Assembly (NCBI GenBank): GCA_965644295.1 | Contig: CBFFRP010000389.1 | Location: 1 to 64,000 of the forward strand | Reading direction: 5' to 3' | DNA from: Paraphysomonas bandaiensis | Lineage: Eukaryota; Protista; Chrysophyceae | DNA: 64,000 nucleotides | Part shown: piece after piece, positions 23,032 through 35,560 of the stretch | Numbering within the stretch: position 1 is the first letter of the stretch | Layout: every line of letters begins with the position of its first letter | Made by a program: the position numbers and the translations under genes | The notes under the pieces: model-generated | The model's input: only the letters and a program-made list of their open reading frames with translations | Database searches by the model: none | Told to the model about the DNA's origin: nothing

Positions 23032-26000
23032 TCACATCGATGTAGTCCGATGACGAGAAACACTAGAAGACTCCAGAGATGACGCAGAAACAGGAGATTG
23101 TGCCTTCTGTCCTGAATCATAAGCAAGAGCAACTTTGGATTTTTCGCACTGATTGTATTGGTCAGAAAACATCTGCGCAAACCCTTGTAAAACTCTGCGA
23201 TCAGAAGGGTCGCTTGCTGTCATAAGGACACACTCTATTAGCAAGCGTGCTTTGCTGTAACGCTCACATGCCCTGAGAATAAAAATAACAACCGAATAGC
23301 CACCAGACAATGTCATGTAAACATGTATCACTTACATAGTGAGGTTTCCCAGTAGCTCTTCTACGGAAGCCTCCTGTCCAAGCCGTAAAGCAGCATGATA
23401 AATAAGTGGCTCAGGAACAGGGACACCGTCATCAGGATTAATATACTTCTTACAGCTTTCCGCTCGGCTCAACAGCTGATCAAATCGCTTCGCCAGGCCC
23501 TGAACATAATGGTTAAAGAGCACAGTTACAACACGTCGACCAGTGTACCTCAAGAAGGGTGTCCATTTGCGCGCGAAGTGAAGCCTCTCCTGCTATAGAC
23601 TGGCGCATAGCGGCGGTCCTTTTGAGAGTGTCTTGGACAAATCCAAGCGCGTGCAAATACAGCGAGAAAGGGGCTGATAGTAATTCCGAAATATGGCTTG
23701 CATCTCCTGACCCCAGGCGTGGCCTACTAGACGCCCCAGGACTTGACCCCGACCCCAAGCTGTTGTCGTCGTCCTCCCCTCCTGTAGCGATGGTCCTGTT
23801 GCCGTGCCGATGACGAAGTTCTCTGACAGTCCGGTGGTTCAGTGCGTCCCTTGCCATTCCATCCGCAGCTGCGGTCATAGCTGTCACCATCGAAACTATC
23901 TGTGAGCATCGGTGTACAGCTGCCGACAGCTGCATTACATCACTACTTTCATTCCCTGCACCAGATGCTATTCCGCCTGTATTATTGGGACTTCCAGCAC
24001 CGTACCAGTGTGCCGACGGGTTCCCCATAATACCTGCACCCGTGATCGGACTATATGATGCGGGCTTATCACCCACGGTGCCACGCCGCACAGGTCTATA
24101 TGCACTATCGGCGTCCATCACCCTCCATGGATGACTTGCAGCCTGCTCGACCATGACGAAATCATCAGAATCCCCACCTGCGCCCGTACTCTCCTCTTCG
24201 AGACCACCACCAGTTCCACTTCCATCTCCTCTCTGACTCCGTTTCCCGCCAGAACTGGACGGTACGGGGCTGTTTGATGAGTCCCGAGAAGGGTATGATA
24301 TTGGTCCAGCTAAGCCGAAAGTCATTGCACCGTGCACAGATACAGCTGTTGGAGTGGGAGAATCACGATGCCCTTCCCCACTCTCCGCACTGTAGACTCT
24401 CTCAGACTGCTCCCAAGCTCGTGAGACACGGTCACTTTTCCATCCACTATGCTGCTCCTGAGGACTAATCGACAGAGCTCTCGCCACTGCAGACCCAGCC
24501 CCGGCATCATTAGCAGAGTATCTCCGCTCGTGCTTATTGGCAGGGGAGGATGTGGGGGATACCATAGAGGTACTTGCCTGGAGATCCTCTTCCTTGTATC
24601 TACTCCCGCTGCCTGAGCGCCTGTGAGATCCTTGTACACTCCCGGATGAAGACTGTCCCTGTGGTGACTGTGGGTTCCCTCCTGAAGCAAGTGCCATCAC
24701 CATAGTGGCAGTCGCAGGGGCAATTCCGGAGGGTCGCGGACTGGGTGTAGCCTGCAAAGCACTTCCTCCTTGCTGCTGTTGCCCTGGTGGGGAGGAAGAT
24801 AGTAGGTGTGGATATGGGGTAGTGGGCGAGTTGTTGCCAGTGTGATCTCGGGAAAGACGACGGGACTGACTCTCTGCCCCTCCGCCGGATGCAGCGGATG
24901 TATCTTGTTGAGGAGACCCCGTGTCTGTGGGACCTTGATATCGACTTTGACCACCTTTGCCTTCCTCATATGTAAGTACAGGATCGTCTCCAGGGACAAC
25001 TTCTCCAAACATACGGCCCGCACACTCGCAGAATACATCCAGAGAAATACGATTCCTGGGATTGATCTCGAGTAGCTGTTATAATATATTAGAAGCGTAA
25101 TGCGAGTCCTACGACAACTACCCACCTGCTGCAACAGATGCAACATGTCCGCAGATACAGTGATTTCACTCGGAACGCGAAGCTGCTTTGATCTAATATT
25201 CAGGAAAAGCTCACGAGGATTTTGTCCTTTGAATGGGGGCAACCCTACTAGCATTTCGTAGAGGACACAGCCCACGCTCCAGAGATCAGCCTGAACAAGG
25301 AAGTGAGCTCGTCTGTGTCAGGGCTACAAATAGACTGTAATCGCTCACGCACCTTCGCATCGTACTCTTGCATTTCAAATATCTCAGGCGCCTGTACAAA
25401 TTTGTATCAGCGCCATACTCACAATGTGTCATATACTAATACCATGTAGAATGGTGTGCCGCATGGAGTTTGAGCCATGGCAGCCTCCTGTAGATGTCTC
25501 GCAAATCCAAAGTCGGCATACTTAATGATTGCCTGAGTCGTGGTGTCTGTCATTAATAGATTCTATAGAGGTAGATCAGAATTTCATTCAGTAGAATAAC
25601 ATATTTCGGGTATACCTGTGGTTTGATATCGCGGTGAATAATATTCTTCTGATGCAGAAACTTAAGACCCTGGGCTACAAAAGTGTCAGTATTCAGCAAA
25701 CATGTTATACAAGTAATACCAAGCTGATATAAAAATCTTCTGGCCACACGTTCCTCAATCCTAGAGTATCTCTTTATATATTTCTGAAGATCACCACCAG
25801 CACAGTACTCCAATGCCAAATATATATGTCGACTGGAGGTCTACCAAACAAACATTATATAAAATATATAAATATATCAAATACATACAAAATGATCAAA
25901 AAGTCGCACAATATTAATGTGCGAATAATCTCGCATTATAGATATTTCATTATCTAGATTCTCTTGTAGTTTAACTGATCCTAATTTCTCACGTGATATA

Positions 26001-26173
26001 ACTTTGACAGCATACAATTCACCCGTTGTATTATTAGTAGCTTTATACACCTGTATATAAGAATATCTATGATTCATATAGGGTTAATAAAGAAGTGTAT
26101 GTTAACATACATGAGCATATGAGCCTGAGCCTAATTTATTCACAAGTGTATAATTTCCTACAGTTTTTGACAT
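23032..26173 (-). CDS. ATG1: Serine/threonine kinase ATG1/ULK (multi-exon)
   Basis: LGSGSYAH|VYKA...YAVK...LDNEISIM...LEYCAGGDL...IHRDIKPQ|NLL...YADFGFARHL...CGTPFYM|APE...YDAK|ADLWSVGCVLYEML; Ser/Gly/Pro-rich linker; C-terminal ATG1 MIT-like region PEPLIYHAALRLGQEASVEELLGN...CERYSKARLLIE. Confidence 0.92.
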
Positions 26174-26995
26174 GATTTGATCCAATTAAATCAATAAAAT
26201 CAATAGGATATTATATAAAGTATTAATCATATCCATTGAATAACATTTCCATAGATAAGATCATCATATGTATGTATATATATATATATATATATGAAAT
26301 GATGAGCTTTATATATACTAGAATTCGAAGTGTTGGAAGAAGGAGAATGAGAAGAGCAAAGAAGGTGTGTGAAAGTATATACTATACACTATATGTATGT
26401 ACCTGTAGATTATATATGTATGCTATGTACTGTATATACAGCAGTAGGTAGAGGAGGGAATCAGTTGGATTATAGTCATACTCTCATATAGGTCGAAAGT
26501 AAAGAATTTACACGAAATTTATTCTTCTGGGTAAAAATCCTTCTTTCTGCTACTAAAAGTTCCGAGTTTTATAGATGTAACTGAAAACTAAATTTCCAAA
26601 ATTTCCAAAATTTCCAAAAAATTGGATACAATTTCACTTCATACTTCAATCACTTTCAATAATAAATATATTTTATATTTTGGGTATATTGAACAGTATA
26701 TAAACTGCTATAATCCACTAGATGAGTATAACCTAAATTACCCAACGTTTACCCCGGATGACACCATTTGGTATGGAGTCTCCAAAAAAACTTAGGTGAC
26801 CGCTCCTTTCGGGGTGTGGCCACCGACCCACAACTACATCATATACATACCTACATATCAGCTATACACATATATATACATACAACAGTATCCAGATACA
26901 TGCATATACTCTACACAATTCTCTTAAAGATAGTGTATATAGATATCACTTTTCCTTACATACTATATCATATCAACCACCTCACATTATTTTTA

Positions 26996-28956
26996 ATGTC
27001 ATCTCCTATTATTTCACCCTCCCTCACTGATTGGGAGAATACATTATGGGATCATATACGTGAACGTAATCATCAACAGACAGACCCATATAAAAATGTA
27101 TATCTCGCATATGCTAATATAGAAAAATCACATCGTATGATTGAACAAAAACATATTGAAATTAGACATCAAATAGGCATATTACAGTATGATACACAAG
27201 AGGCTATACAGACAGGAGTGCCTAATATTGAATATATAAAAATGAAATTAGGCTTATTATCAGATGATTTGAGTCATAGAAGTAATAAGAACTTCGATTA
27301 TATTAAGATCAGATATGAACTAGAGAAGAAAGTACGTGAGAAAGATCATCTTATATCAGATCTTAAAAGTGAAGTCACAACAGCGAAATCTGAATTGTCT
27401 GCTAATCAAGAAAGGAATGCGGAATTACAAAGTAGTATTGAGAGTAAGGATGCAGTTATTGAAACACTCTCCGGTGAGTTGGAAAGTACTCGTGGCTTTT
27501 TGGAATCGGCAGAAAGTAGATTGAAACGCGTAGAGGCGGAGAATGTTCTGCTGTCACAGCGACTACTGGATGAAAAACACAAGAATGCAGAGGCAATGAA
27601 CGAGATGAATAGAATTATGCAACAGCAGCAGTCCTCCACGGGCAGTTTAATTGGAGGGGGGTTAAATCTGATGAAAAAGTTCGGTGCAACGAGTTTATTT
27701 GTGAAATCTAGTGGACACGAAGAAGGCGAGGGGGAGCATGATATTGAGGATGACTTCGTAGACATCAAGGGCAGTGAAGAGCCCGATTTGCCTGTTGTCG
27801 TGGATGTCGCTCCTCCTCGACGCCCTATGCATGTAACGCGATGTCATGGGACGGAAATAAATGACGTTGTATATGAAAGGCAGAAATTTATGACGGCAGG
27901 GTCGGACTCGACGGTTCGGGTATTTCCTCGGCGGGGGTCGGGGACGGAGGGTGATGGGACTCCTGACGGAGAGTTGGCAGATGCCTTACTCACCCTCACT
28001 GCTGGGGGGCCAGTAATATCACTACATCTCGCTGGAGAGTGGATTGCGGGTGGATGCAGCGACAGAATAGGGCGTATATGGAGCACGAGAACTGGAAGAC
28101 TGCGACACAACCTCTCCGGGCATGCGAATCGTGTATCCTCTGTTCGTTTAATAGGTGCATATACAGATACGTATTTCCTCTGCGTAAGTATTTGATGTGT
28201 GTATCAGGGTCTGGAGAAGAAAGAGCGGTAACGGGATCTGCTGATCGAACCATCAAGTTTTGGGACATCACTCGATCTCAAGCTAATGCTCTTTGTAGCA
28301 TGAAGACCAATTCTTGTGTGGACTCTGGTATTGATTACACACATAGGCCCACCATTTTGTGACGTTTTATCCTGTATGTAGTGGGTGTAAGCTCTGACTG
28401 CAGTACAGTGGCGTCAGGTCACCAGGATGGCGGCTTGCGTCTCTGGAACCTTCAGACACGTGATAAAATCCACTTTCTTCCAAAGCTCCACTCCAGCCAT
28501 ATTACGTGCGTACAGTTTGACCCGAAACGTTCGGCTCAAATCTTGACGGCGTCCCGCGACAATACACTCACCATTACCGATACTCGCACGTACGAACCAT
28601 TAACGGTAAATGTCGATGCTCATGTCATTCCTCTGTGACTAGCATGTATATATTAGGTACTGCGTGCCCCAGGATTTACCCTATCGAGTGATTGGTGTCA
28701 GGTAGGCAAGGAAACGCGCTTGCGAATTTAAACGCGTCCTAAGGGTACTACTGTCTGTGTACAGGTCACTTACTCTCCAGACTGCGCAATGGTAGTTGCA
28801 GGGGGTGCTGATGGTTCTCTATATTTGTGGAACACGTTATCGGGAGACTTCATAGGGTCGTACAGTGGTCACAAGGCGGGAATTACTTCAGTATTTTGGG
28901 GCGACACTGGTGTTATGTCATGTGATAAAGATGGAAATGTGATACAATGGGGGTGA
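26996..28956 (+). CDS. ATG16: Autophagy protein ATG16 (ATG5-binding helix, coiled coil, WD40 repeats; multi-exon)
   Basis: N-terminal WENTLWDHIRERNHQQTDPYKNVYLAY matches the ATG5-interacting helix pattern. A long coiled coil ends RLLDEKHKNAEAMNEMN. WD40 motifs: TGRLRHNLSGHANRV, VTGSADRTIKFWD, ASGHQDGGLRLWN, ILTASRDNTL. Confidence 0.9.
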
Positions 28957-29473
28957 ATTAATGGTCCTGTTAGTTTTGTATATCCTTGAAGTTTCAGTAG
29001 TCTGGACATTTATATTGTTCATAAGTAATGCGGACGTTCTTACAGCTCACATACAAGCACAATATCCACACTGTTACAAAACCCCTGGCACTCTCTATTT
29101 TGAGTGGAATATAAAATATAGTACGATAGATGTATAGTGCCACATGTAGTATTTAGGATATTCTCCTGCCAATAATTAATGTAATAAATTAATGACTACT
29201 GGCTAAATGTAATCATTGTGCTCTTATGCGATTGAATTTTTACGTCTTATTATTGCAAACGAAGTAAGTATTAACACGGCAGTGAAAGTACGCTCTGAAA
29301 AGTCATAAACAGCAAATGAAAGTAAGCACATGATGATCAAACACGGCTTCTACTTGCGCAATAATTTTCTTGCAAATTCACTATAGATATAGATCCTACC
29401 AATACTTCGACCATTTGCTGTATGTGATCAGAATTGCGCAGTCAACAAGGTACAATCACCATTAATGGGGCAA

Positions 29474-30576
29474 TTACACCTTTGTATATCTCGCAATTAT
29501 AAAAGAGAGAACGGCCACAATAACAACAATGAGGAAAGAAAACCCCTGCTGTACAACCACCTTCTCAACATTTTTAGACTCTTTCTTTGGTGTTTCGCCA
29601 GTTGCTCTCTTTCGTGCCTTCTCTCTGGAATACTCACGTCGCAACTCCTCGAGCTGAGTGAAGTGATAATCCCTCTCGGCTGTCAGGTGTACAGTATACT
29701 CCACAACAGCATCGTACTTTTTCCTGAGATTCTGCAACTCCGCATAAATACCATCTGGGCTCCCGGGAATATCTTCTATTGGTCTCGCTGGCGTGGCGGC
29801 GGTATCTACCTGAGCCATTCTGCTCCTGATGTTCTCCACCCCCTCAGACACCGAACCCATGCCCGCCATATTTTCTGCCCCATCAGCATTCATATTATCA
29901 TCAGGATATATAAACTCTACTTTCAACTTCTGATTCTTCTTTTCATCTTTACTCTTAGTTTCCCATATCTTCTGGTACTATACTTGCGGATTAACAACTA
30001 CAAACTCACACAGTATTACTCACCTCTTCCGTCCTTTCATTTTGAGGTATTTTCACAATTTTATCGTACAATGTATCGCTAATTATTCTTGTTTGAACAA
30101 GAAAACGATGCTTACTAAGAACGGTCTCTCTTTCGGTTTCAGTGAGGTCAAGAAATCGGCTACACAAATATCATCAACAACTAAATACAAAAACGATTAT
30201 ACATTATACATACTTGCACTCTGAATCAATCAAAGTGATTGTACTCTCTTCTGTTTGTCCAACATCGATAACATTTTGATTTGGACGAACATAATACCAT
30301 GATGGTTGAGTAGTTTTGACTTTGAATACAATTTTACTATCAGTTTCATTCGTTATTCTTAATGTCTGTAATAAATATAATCATATATATAGATAACACT
30401 ATCGTTAATTATACATACCACTCTAGGACTACTATCTCGAACAAGAGGGAATGATAGTACCTCAGGAGGGTCTAATGAAACCTGTAATATAATCTATATA
30501 ACAAGAGAGGGATTAGATTATATAGAAAGATTACCAGTGATTTCTGCGCATGTGAGGCAGGTGAGGCCGTTGACAT
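29474..30576 (-). CDS. VAP: VAMP-associated protein (MSP domain, coiled coil, C-terminal TM; multi-exon)
   Basis: Spliced MSP domain with the VAP signature FKVKTTQPSWYYVRPN; coiled coil ELQNLRKKYDAVVEY; tail anchor FSFLIVVIVAVLSFIIARY. Confidence 0.9.
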
Positions 30577-30994
30577 ATTATCAGCCTTTAATAATCACAA
30601 AATAATGGGGTGTAATTAATCAATGAGTTAATTATAATGTTGTGATATATATATTACGTTAAATGCTATATAGAGTGATAGCATCGAGCTAATGTACGGT
30701 ATGGTATACTCTATATGCATGTTGCATGTGGAGATCATACCATACGGCATACTTTGCATACTATGCTGTGCATACTTTGCATGCTGGTGTACACACATAT
30801 CCCCCCTTTGCTCTAACGATGTCATGTAGTGAAATGGATATACAGGATGGTATACTGCTGTATACGTATGATATCCAAAACACACCAAGTTTCTAGATTT
30901 CAACAACATGACATTCGAACGTGTTGATATGATTGGTACACATTCCACCAGAACTATTCTCCCGAATACCGGAATACACAGTATAAGTACTGTA

Positions 30995-31367
30995 TACATA
31001 CCAACCTACATACATACATACATACATACATACAGTACATACATACATACATACATACATACATACATACATACATACATACATACATACATACATACAC
31101 GCATCTTATTTTTCGGAAATAAATTGAAGCAAATATACTCTATATTGCTGCAATAAAAATACGGCTGGAATACACATAATTATTGTCTCAATATTAGAGG
31201 CATCTTTGAACAAAAATATACAAAGGATGCCGATACGCATACATACATACATACATACATACATACATACATACATACATACATACATACATACATACAT
31301 ACATACATACATACATACATACATACATACATACATACATACATACATACATACATACATACATACA
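30995..31367 (+). repeat. Two (CATA)n tracts flanking a 137-bp dispersed repeat
   Basis: (CATA)n at about 31009-31098 and 31238-31367. Confidence 0.95.
31101..31237 (+). mobile_element. ~145-bp dispersed element, copy 1 (also 40844-40988 minus and 59234-59378 plus)
   Basis: All three copies share GGAA.TAAATTGAAGCA...AATAC...GAATAC..ATAATTATT.TCTCAATATT...GAACAAAAATA.ACAAA.GATGC.GATACG. Confidence 0.8.
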
Positions 31368-31457
31368 TCCACAGAATCATGTTGCAAACAGAACATTTGT
31401 CTCTGCCTCTCGTTTATTTGTATATCTCTCCAGTCAACTAGATCCATACATATTACA

Positions 31458-32865
31458 ATGTCCTCATTCGTTCGTGCTTCTAAGTTCAGACATGTCTTTT
31501 GTGAACCGGCTCGACCGGATGCAACCTATCAAAACATTCGTCTCTCTACTGTGACAGGAGAACAGAATTATATTAAAGCCAATCCCCTCTACTTCGCTGT
31601 GGGTCTACAGGTACATACACACATACATACACACACGTATACAAGTAGATACATACATGAATATAACGGTAATCATATAACGGGGTATTTAACAGGGAGG
31701 TGGTGGACCATTCGCAGTAATGCCTCTATCTAATCCCTGTAGATTTGAGACGGATATGCCTATCGTGACCGGTCACTCAGCTGCTGTGTTGGATTTTGAT
31801 TTCAATCCTTTTCATGATCAACTTGTTGCATCTGCATCAGAAGATCAGACTGTTAAAGTATGGGGTATTCCGGAAGGAGGTCTTACCTCCAATCTGGTGG
31901 ATCCGTTGGTGGACTTGCATGGTCACTCACGTAAAGTGACCCTATTGCGGTTCCATCCTACAGCGAGCAATGTTCTTGCATCTACATCTTCTGATCAGAC
32001 TGTAAAGCTCTGGGATATTGAGAAGGGTGCGGAGATGAATTCTCTGAATGATGCCCACCAACAGTTGATTCAAGACATCGTCTGGGATTATTGCGGTGAG
32101 ACTTATGCCACATCTTCTAAGGACAAAAACGTCCGTATTGTGGATCCCAGAAGCGCTACTGTAGTGAACACTATCGAGATGCCTCACGAGGGCGCCAAGA
32201 GTACTAAACTTTCCTTTTTGGGCCGTTTGGATAAGCTTGTTACTGTTGGTTTTACCCGTCAGTCGCAGCGTCAGTTTAAGATCTGGGATCCTAGGAACAC
32301 TTCCAAGGAGCTCAAGAGAGTGGATGTGGACCAGGCCGCTGGTGTGATTATGCCATTCTTTGATGAGGATACTCAGCTGCTTTATCTCGCTGGTAAGGGT
32401 GACGGTAATGTGCGCTATTATGAGTTGGTGGACGAGAACCCCTACTGCTTTCCTATTGCAGAGCATCGCTCCTCTGTATCTGCGAAGGGTATGGCCTGGG
32501 TGCCCAAACGAGGCCTCAATGTCATGGCCTGTGAAACGGCCCGTCTTCTAAAGCTGACCTCGAACTCTGTCGAACCCCTTAGCTTCCATGTGCCCAGGAA
32601 GTCTGAGGCCTTTCAGGATGATATCTACCCTGATACAGCATCTCCTGAGCCAGCCCATACCGCGGATGAATGGTTTTCCGGATCGAAGAAAGAGCCCAAG
32701 CTAATGTCCCTTAACCCCGCGCACTCCGGACAGACTATTGCAGCTCCCAAGGAATTTGTTGCTGTGAAAAGTCCTGCTGTACTGCAGGAAGAGTTGGCGG
32801 CTGCCCAGTCCAGAATCAAGGAACTCGAAGATCGACTTGCTGCCGCTGGACTGAGCACCGCGTAA
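31458..32865 (+). CDS. CORO1: Coronin (2 exons, intron ~31611-31694)
   Basis: MSSFVRASKFRHVF, GGGGPFAV, GHSAAVLDFDFNPF, WD40 repeats, LYLAGKGDGNVRYYE, VPRKSEAFQDDIYPDT, C-terminal coiled coil. Confidence 0.97.
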
Positions 32866-33233
32866 TTTACCTTCCTCTTTTTCCCAGACTATATTGTGGT
32901 ATTGTAATGTTTAACTATCTGTTGTTCTTTGTGGCCGTTGCCACTTTTGTGCAGTGAAATAACTCACGGACAGTTCGGGTAGTGTTTGGAGCTATACAGT
33001 TAAAACTCTTTCAAGTAACTGAAGAAGTATTCTTAAAATATTTTTTATTTCGTTTCATGCATGTTTGGTAGCTCTACTGTCGTAAACCGCCAAAAGATGA
33101 CGTCATAGCTCCCACAAGCTACCATATATGAATTATCCCACAGTCATCATCCTAAACTCCAAACACTAAAGTAGTCATATCGATCATGTTAGAAATGAAT
33201 ATTGCGCTGAAGCTAACATTTATCTACACGTAG

Positions 33234-34500
33234 CAGGGCTGCGTATCAATTAATTGATTTTCAATTAATTGCAATTAATTGTCAATTATTGAAATTGCAA
33301 TTGTTGAAATTGGGACATCGATTCATAATTGCAATTATAATTGACTCCAGCTAGCTTCAATTAATTGTCAATTAATTGCAATTAATTGATATTAAAAAAC
33401 CCACCTTTTTATGCTGAAAAGTTGTTAAAAAAGGCATTGTTAGTAAAAAATCCAATTTTTAGGATAAAAATCGAAGACTGGTGAAAGACTATAATATCCA
33501 TAGGATTATCTCACATAGTAATTCATTTAATTAATTAGCGATAGGAGCGACAAATTGGCACCAGAAGTCATTGCACGAGTGTTATTTGAGAAAGTAAATA
33601 TTTGAGAAAGTAAATGAATGATGATAATAATAACGAAGAGGCTGCAATAGAGATTTGTCCTGCAGGAAAAGGGGCTCCACATTTTCCGTGATTGACCGCT
33701 ACTTGCTTCTATCTAATCATATGCGATCTTTCGAGTTTGGTTCCGATGTGTTAAAAGTCTAATTGTAGGACTATCCACCTCTATATACAGAGTATATACA
33801 TGTATATTATGCCCTGTATTATAAAAATAAGTGTAGTACAATTACAGAAGTAAGGTTACACCAGCTTGACTTCCACGACGTTTGCACATTGATTGACGAA
33901 CCCTTCATAATGCACCCGATTGTTGAGCGTCATCTGGGCGACAGTGCTGCTATTATTTTTAACGCTGCTTTCGAAAAGGCAGTCGTGAAGATTCAATGTG
34001 GCAACGAAGCCGTAGCTCGGACGGCAAAGGATCAAACTAAAATATATTTGTTCGATGAGGAAGAAGAAGATTATGACGGTGCGAGTCTAGCTCCGAATGA
34101 CGACGCAGCGCAACGTTTGTTTGATGGTAGCAGGCAGCGGAAGCGAGCAAGACTTAATAAGCAAACGCGTTACGGATGAAACACTTGCATAGCACAACCA
34201 ATAAGGTTGAGAGGTTGCTCAGTAGAGCTACGATTGTTATGACGGGCTTGCTCAAGAGCTTGACTCCTCAACATTTAGTGCTAATTATGATTTTCGCATG
34301 AATCGTTGCCTCTGGAATGAAATGACAGTTGAGGTAGCTATATTCGCAGCTAGTGTATTTTAGTACTAAATAATTGCAATTAATTGTAATTAATTGCAGT
34401 TAATTGCAATAGTTGAAATTGAGACAGCAAGTAATAATTGCAATTATAATTGACTACAACCTGCGTCAATTAATTGACAATTAATTGATACGCAGCCCTG
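33234..34500 (+). mobile_element. Internally deleted hAT DNA transposon (1267 bp)
   Basis: 23-bp TIR CAGGGCTGCGTATCAATTAATTG; perfect 8-bp TSD ACACGTAG (33226-33233, 34501-34508). Degenerate transposase C-terminus: HLGDSAAIIFNAAFEKAVVKIQ, then HSTTNKVERLLSRATIVMTGLLKSLTPQHL...NRCLW (hAT dimerisation motif). Confidence 0.95.
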
Positions 34501-34508
34501 ACACGTAG

Positions 34509-34760
34509 TAGCACTTGACTCTGATATCCTACAATTTAGCGCTACGAAAGCTGCTTGTGCGTCACCGCAAGCACCAAGGTGCAACACTTTCGCTCTCTAT
34601 CCTTTAGGTGAAGTACTCCAGATGCTTGACTTCAGTAGACAGCCCAATACCCCGGATGCCGTTGAGGTGGGCCCATTCCCGGACGCATTTTTATTCGTCA
34701 AAGCCCAAAGGCGTCTACACGGGTGACACTTATATAAGTGTCCCTTGTACAGAATTTTTC
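34509..34760 (-). repeat. Copy of the old dispersed repeat family (see 15225)
   Basis: The reverse complement matches 53290-53430 (TTGACGAATA...CCGG.AATGG.CCCACCTCAA.GGCATCCGGGGTATT...AGGATATCAGAGT). Confidence 0.7.
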
Positions 34761-34879
34761 TGGTTGAGCTATTAAAAGCTGTAGTTCTACCCGTGTTAAT
34801 AATTTGTGTTATAAGACTATACACTAATAACTAATATATATGTCTAATAGTAGATAGAAACCAAGACGTAATAAAAGGA

Positions 34880-35397
34880 GTAATTGTGTTGATTTGCTCC
34901 AGTGATAAAAGTTTTGACAAGCATAGTTATACCGATGTCGGCTGGACTGGTGATGTTGTGTTACTCGACTGGCTATATTGTCTTTGCTGCTGGTGAACCA
35001 CATACATGGTAATAAGTTGTACAAGTTACTGCGTCCATGTCTTCAATGCAGTGTAAGTATCAGGTCATGTCTGCTGGCATGCAGGAATCGGGTGGTGTTA
35101 GCCGAACTGGGACTTCGATTGTACGAACCCACTCCATTCTTCCTGGATAGCCAGAGAGCGCTGGGTACAGCCAGAGCGCTCGTGACAAGGCGTTGAAATT
35201 CGTAATGTAATTAAACTCACGAGGATCAGAAATCAAGATCATAAATGTATTGTCTATATGGTGTGTGTCTAGCTGAAACGTTGGAGTAATACATCCACCG
35301 GGGTTTGTCCTATGAGATTTTTGTGGTTGCGTATCCGTCAGTTATGTCTCGTGGTTTGAAGATTCAATATACAGCTTTATTGAGTATTGAGAGGGTG
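34880..35397 (+). pseudogene. Degenerate copia RNase H remnant with PPT
   Basis: Translates, with stops and frameshifts, as YTDVGWTGD...STGYIVFAAG..W**..Q.TAS.SSMQ..Y...MQE..VLAELGLRLYEPTPFFLDSQ, collinear with the RNase H of 237..4994. A PPT-like TTGAGAGGGTG ends at 35397. Confidence 0.85.
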
Positions 35398-35560
35398 TAT
35401 TGAGTTTTACTGTTTGAGCAATTGAAAGCTGTAATTCTAAGGTATTAATTATGACCGTTAGTCGAAGAATACAGTAGTGGTTAACAGTATTATGAGAGCT
35501 AACAACATGATATAGCTACCGTAGTAATAAAACAGAATATAATATATATATATATTGATC
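35398..35560 (+). repeat. 3' LTR of the copia remnant (end approximate)
   Basis: Begins TATTGAGTTTT immediately after the PPT and is homologous to 61480 (TGTTGAGTTTT...AAAGCTGTA.TTC.AAGGTATT). Confidence 0.75.

Noticed and set aside
26768-26995. ORF-track N-terminal extension of ATG16
   Set aside because: Non-ATG start through CATA-rich upstream DNA; the ATG5-binding helix follows the ATG at 26996.
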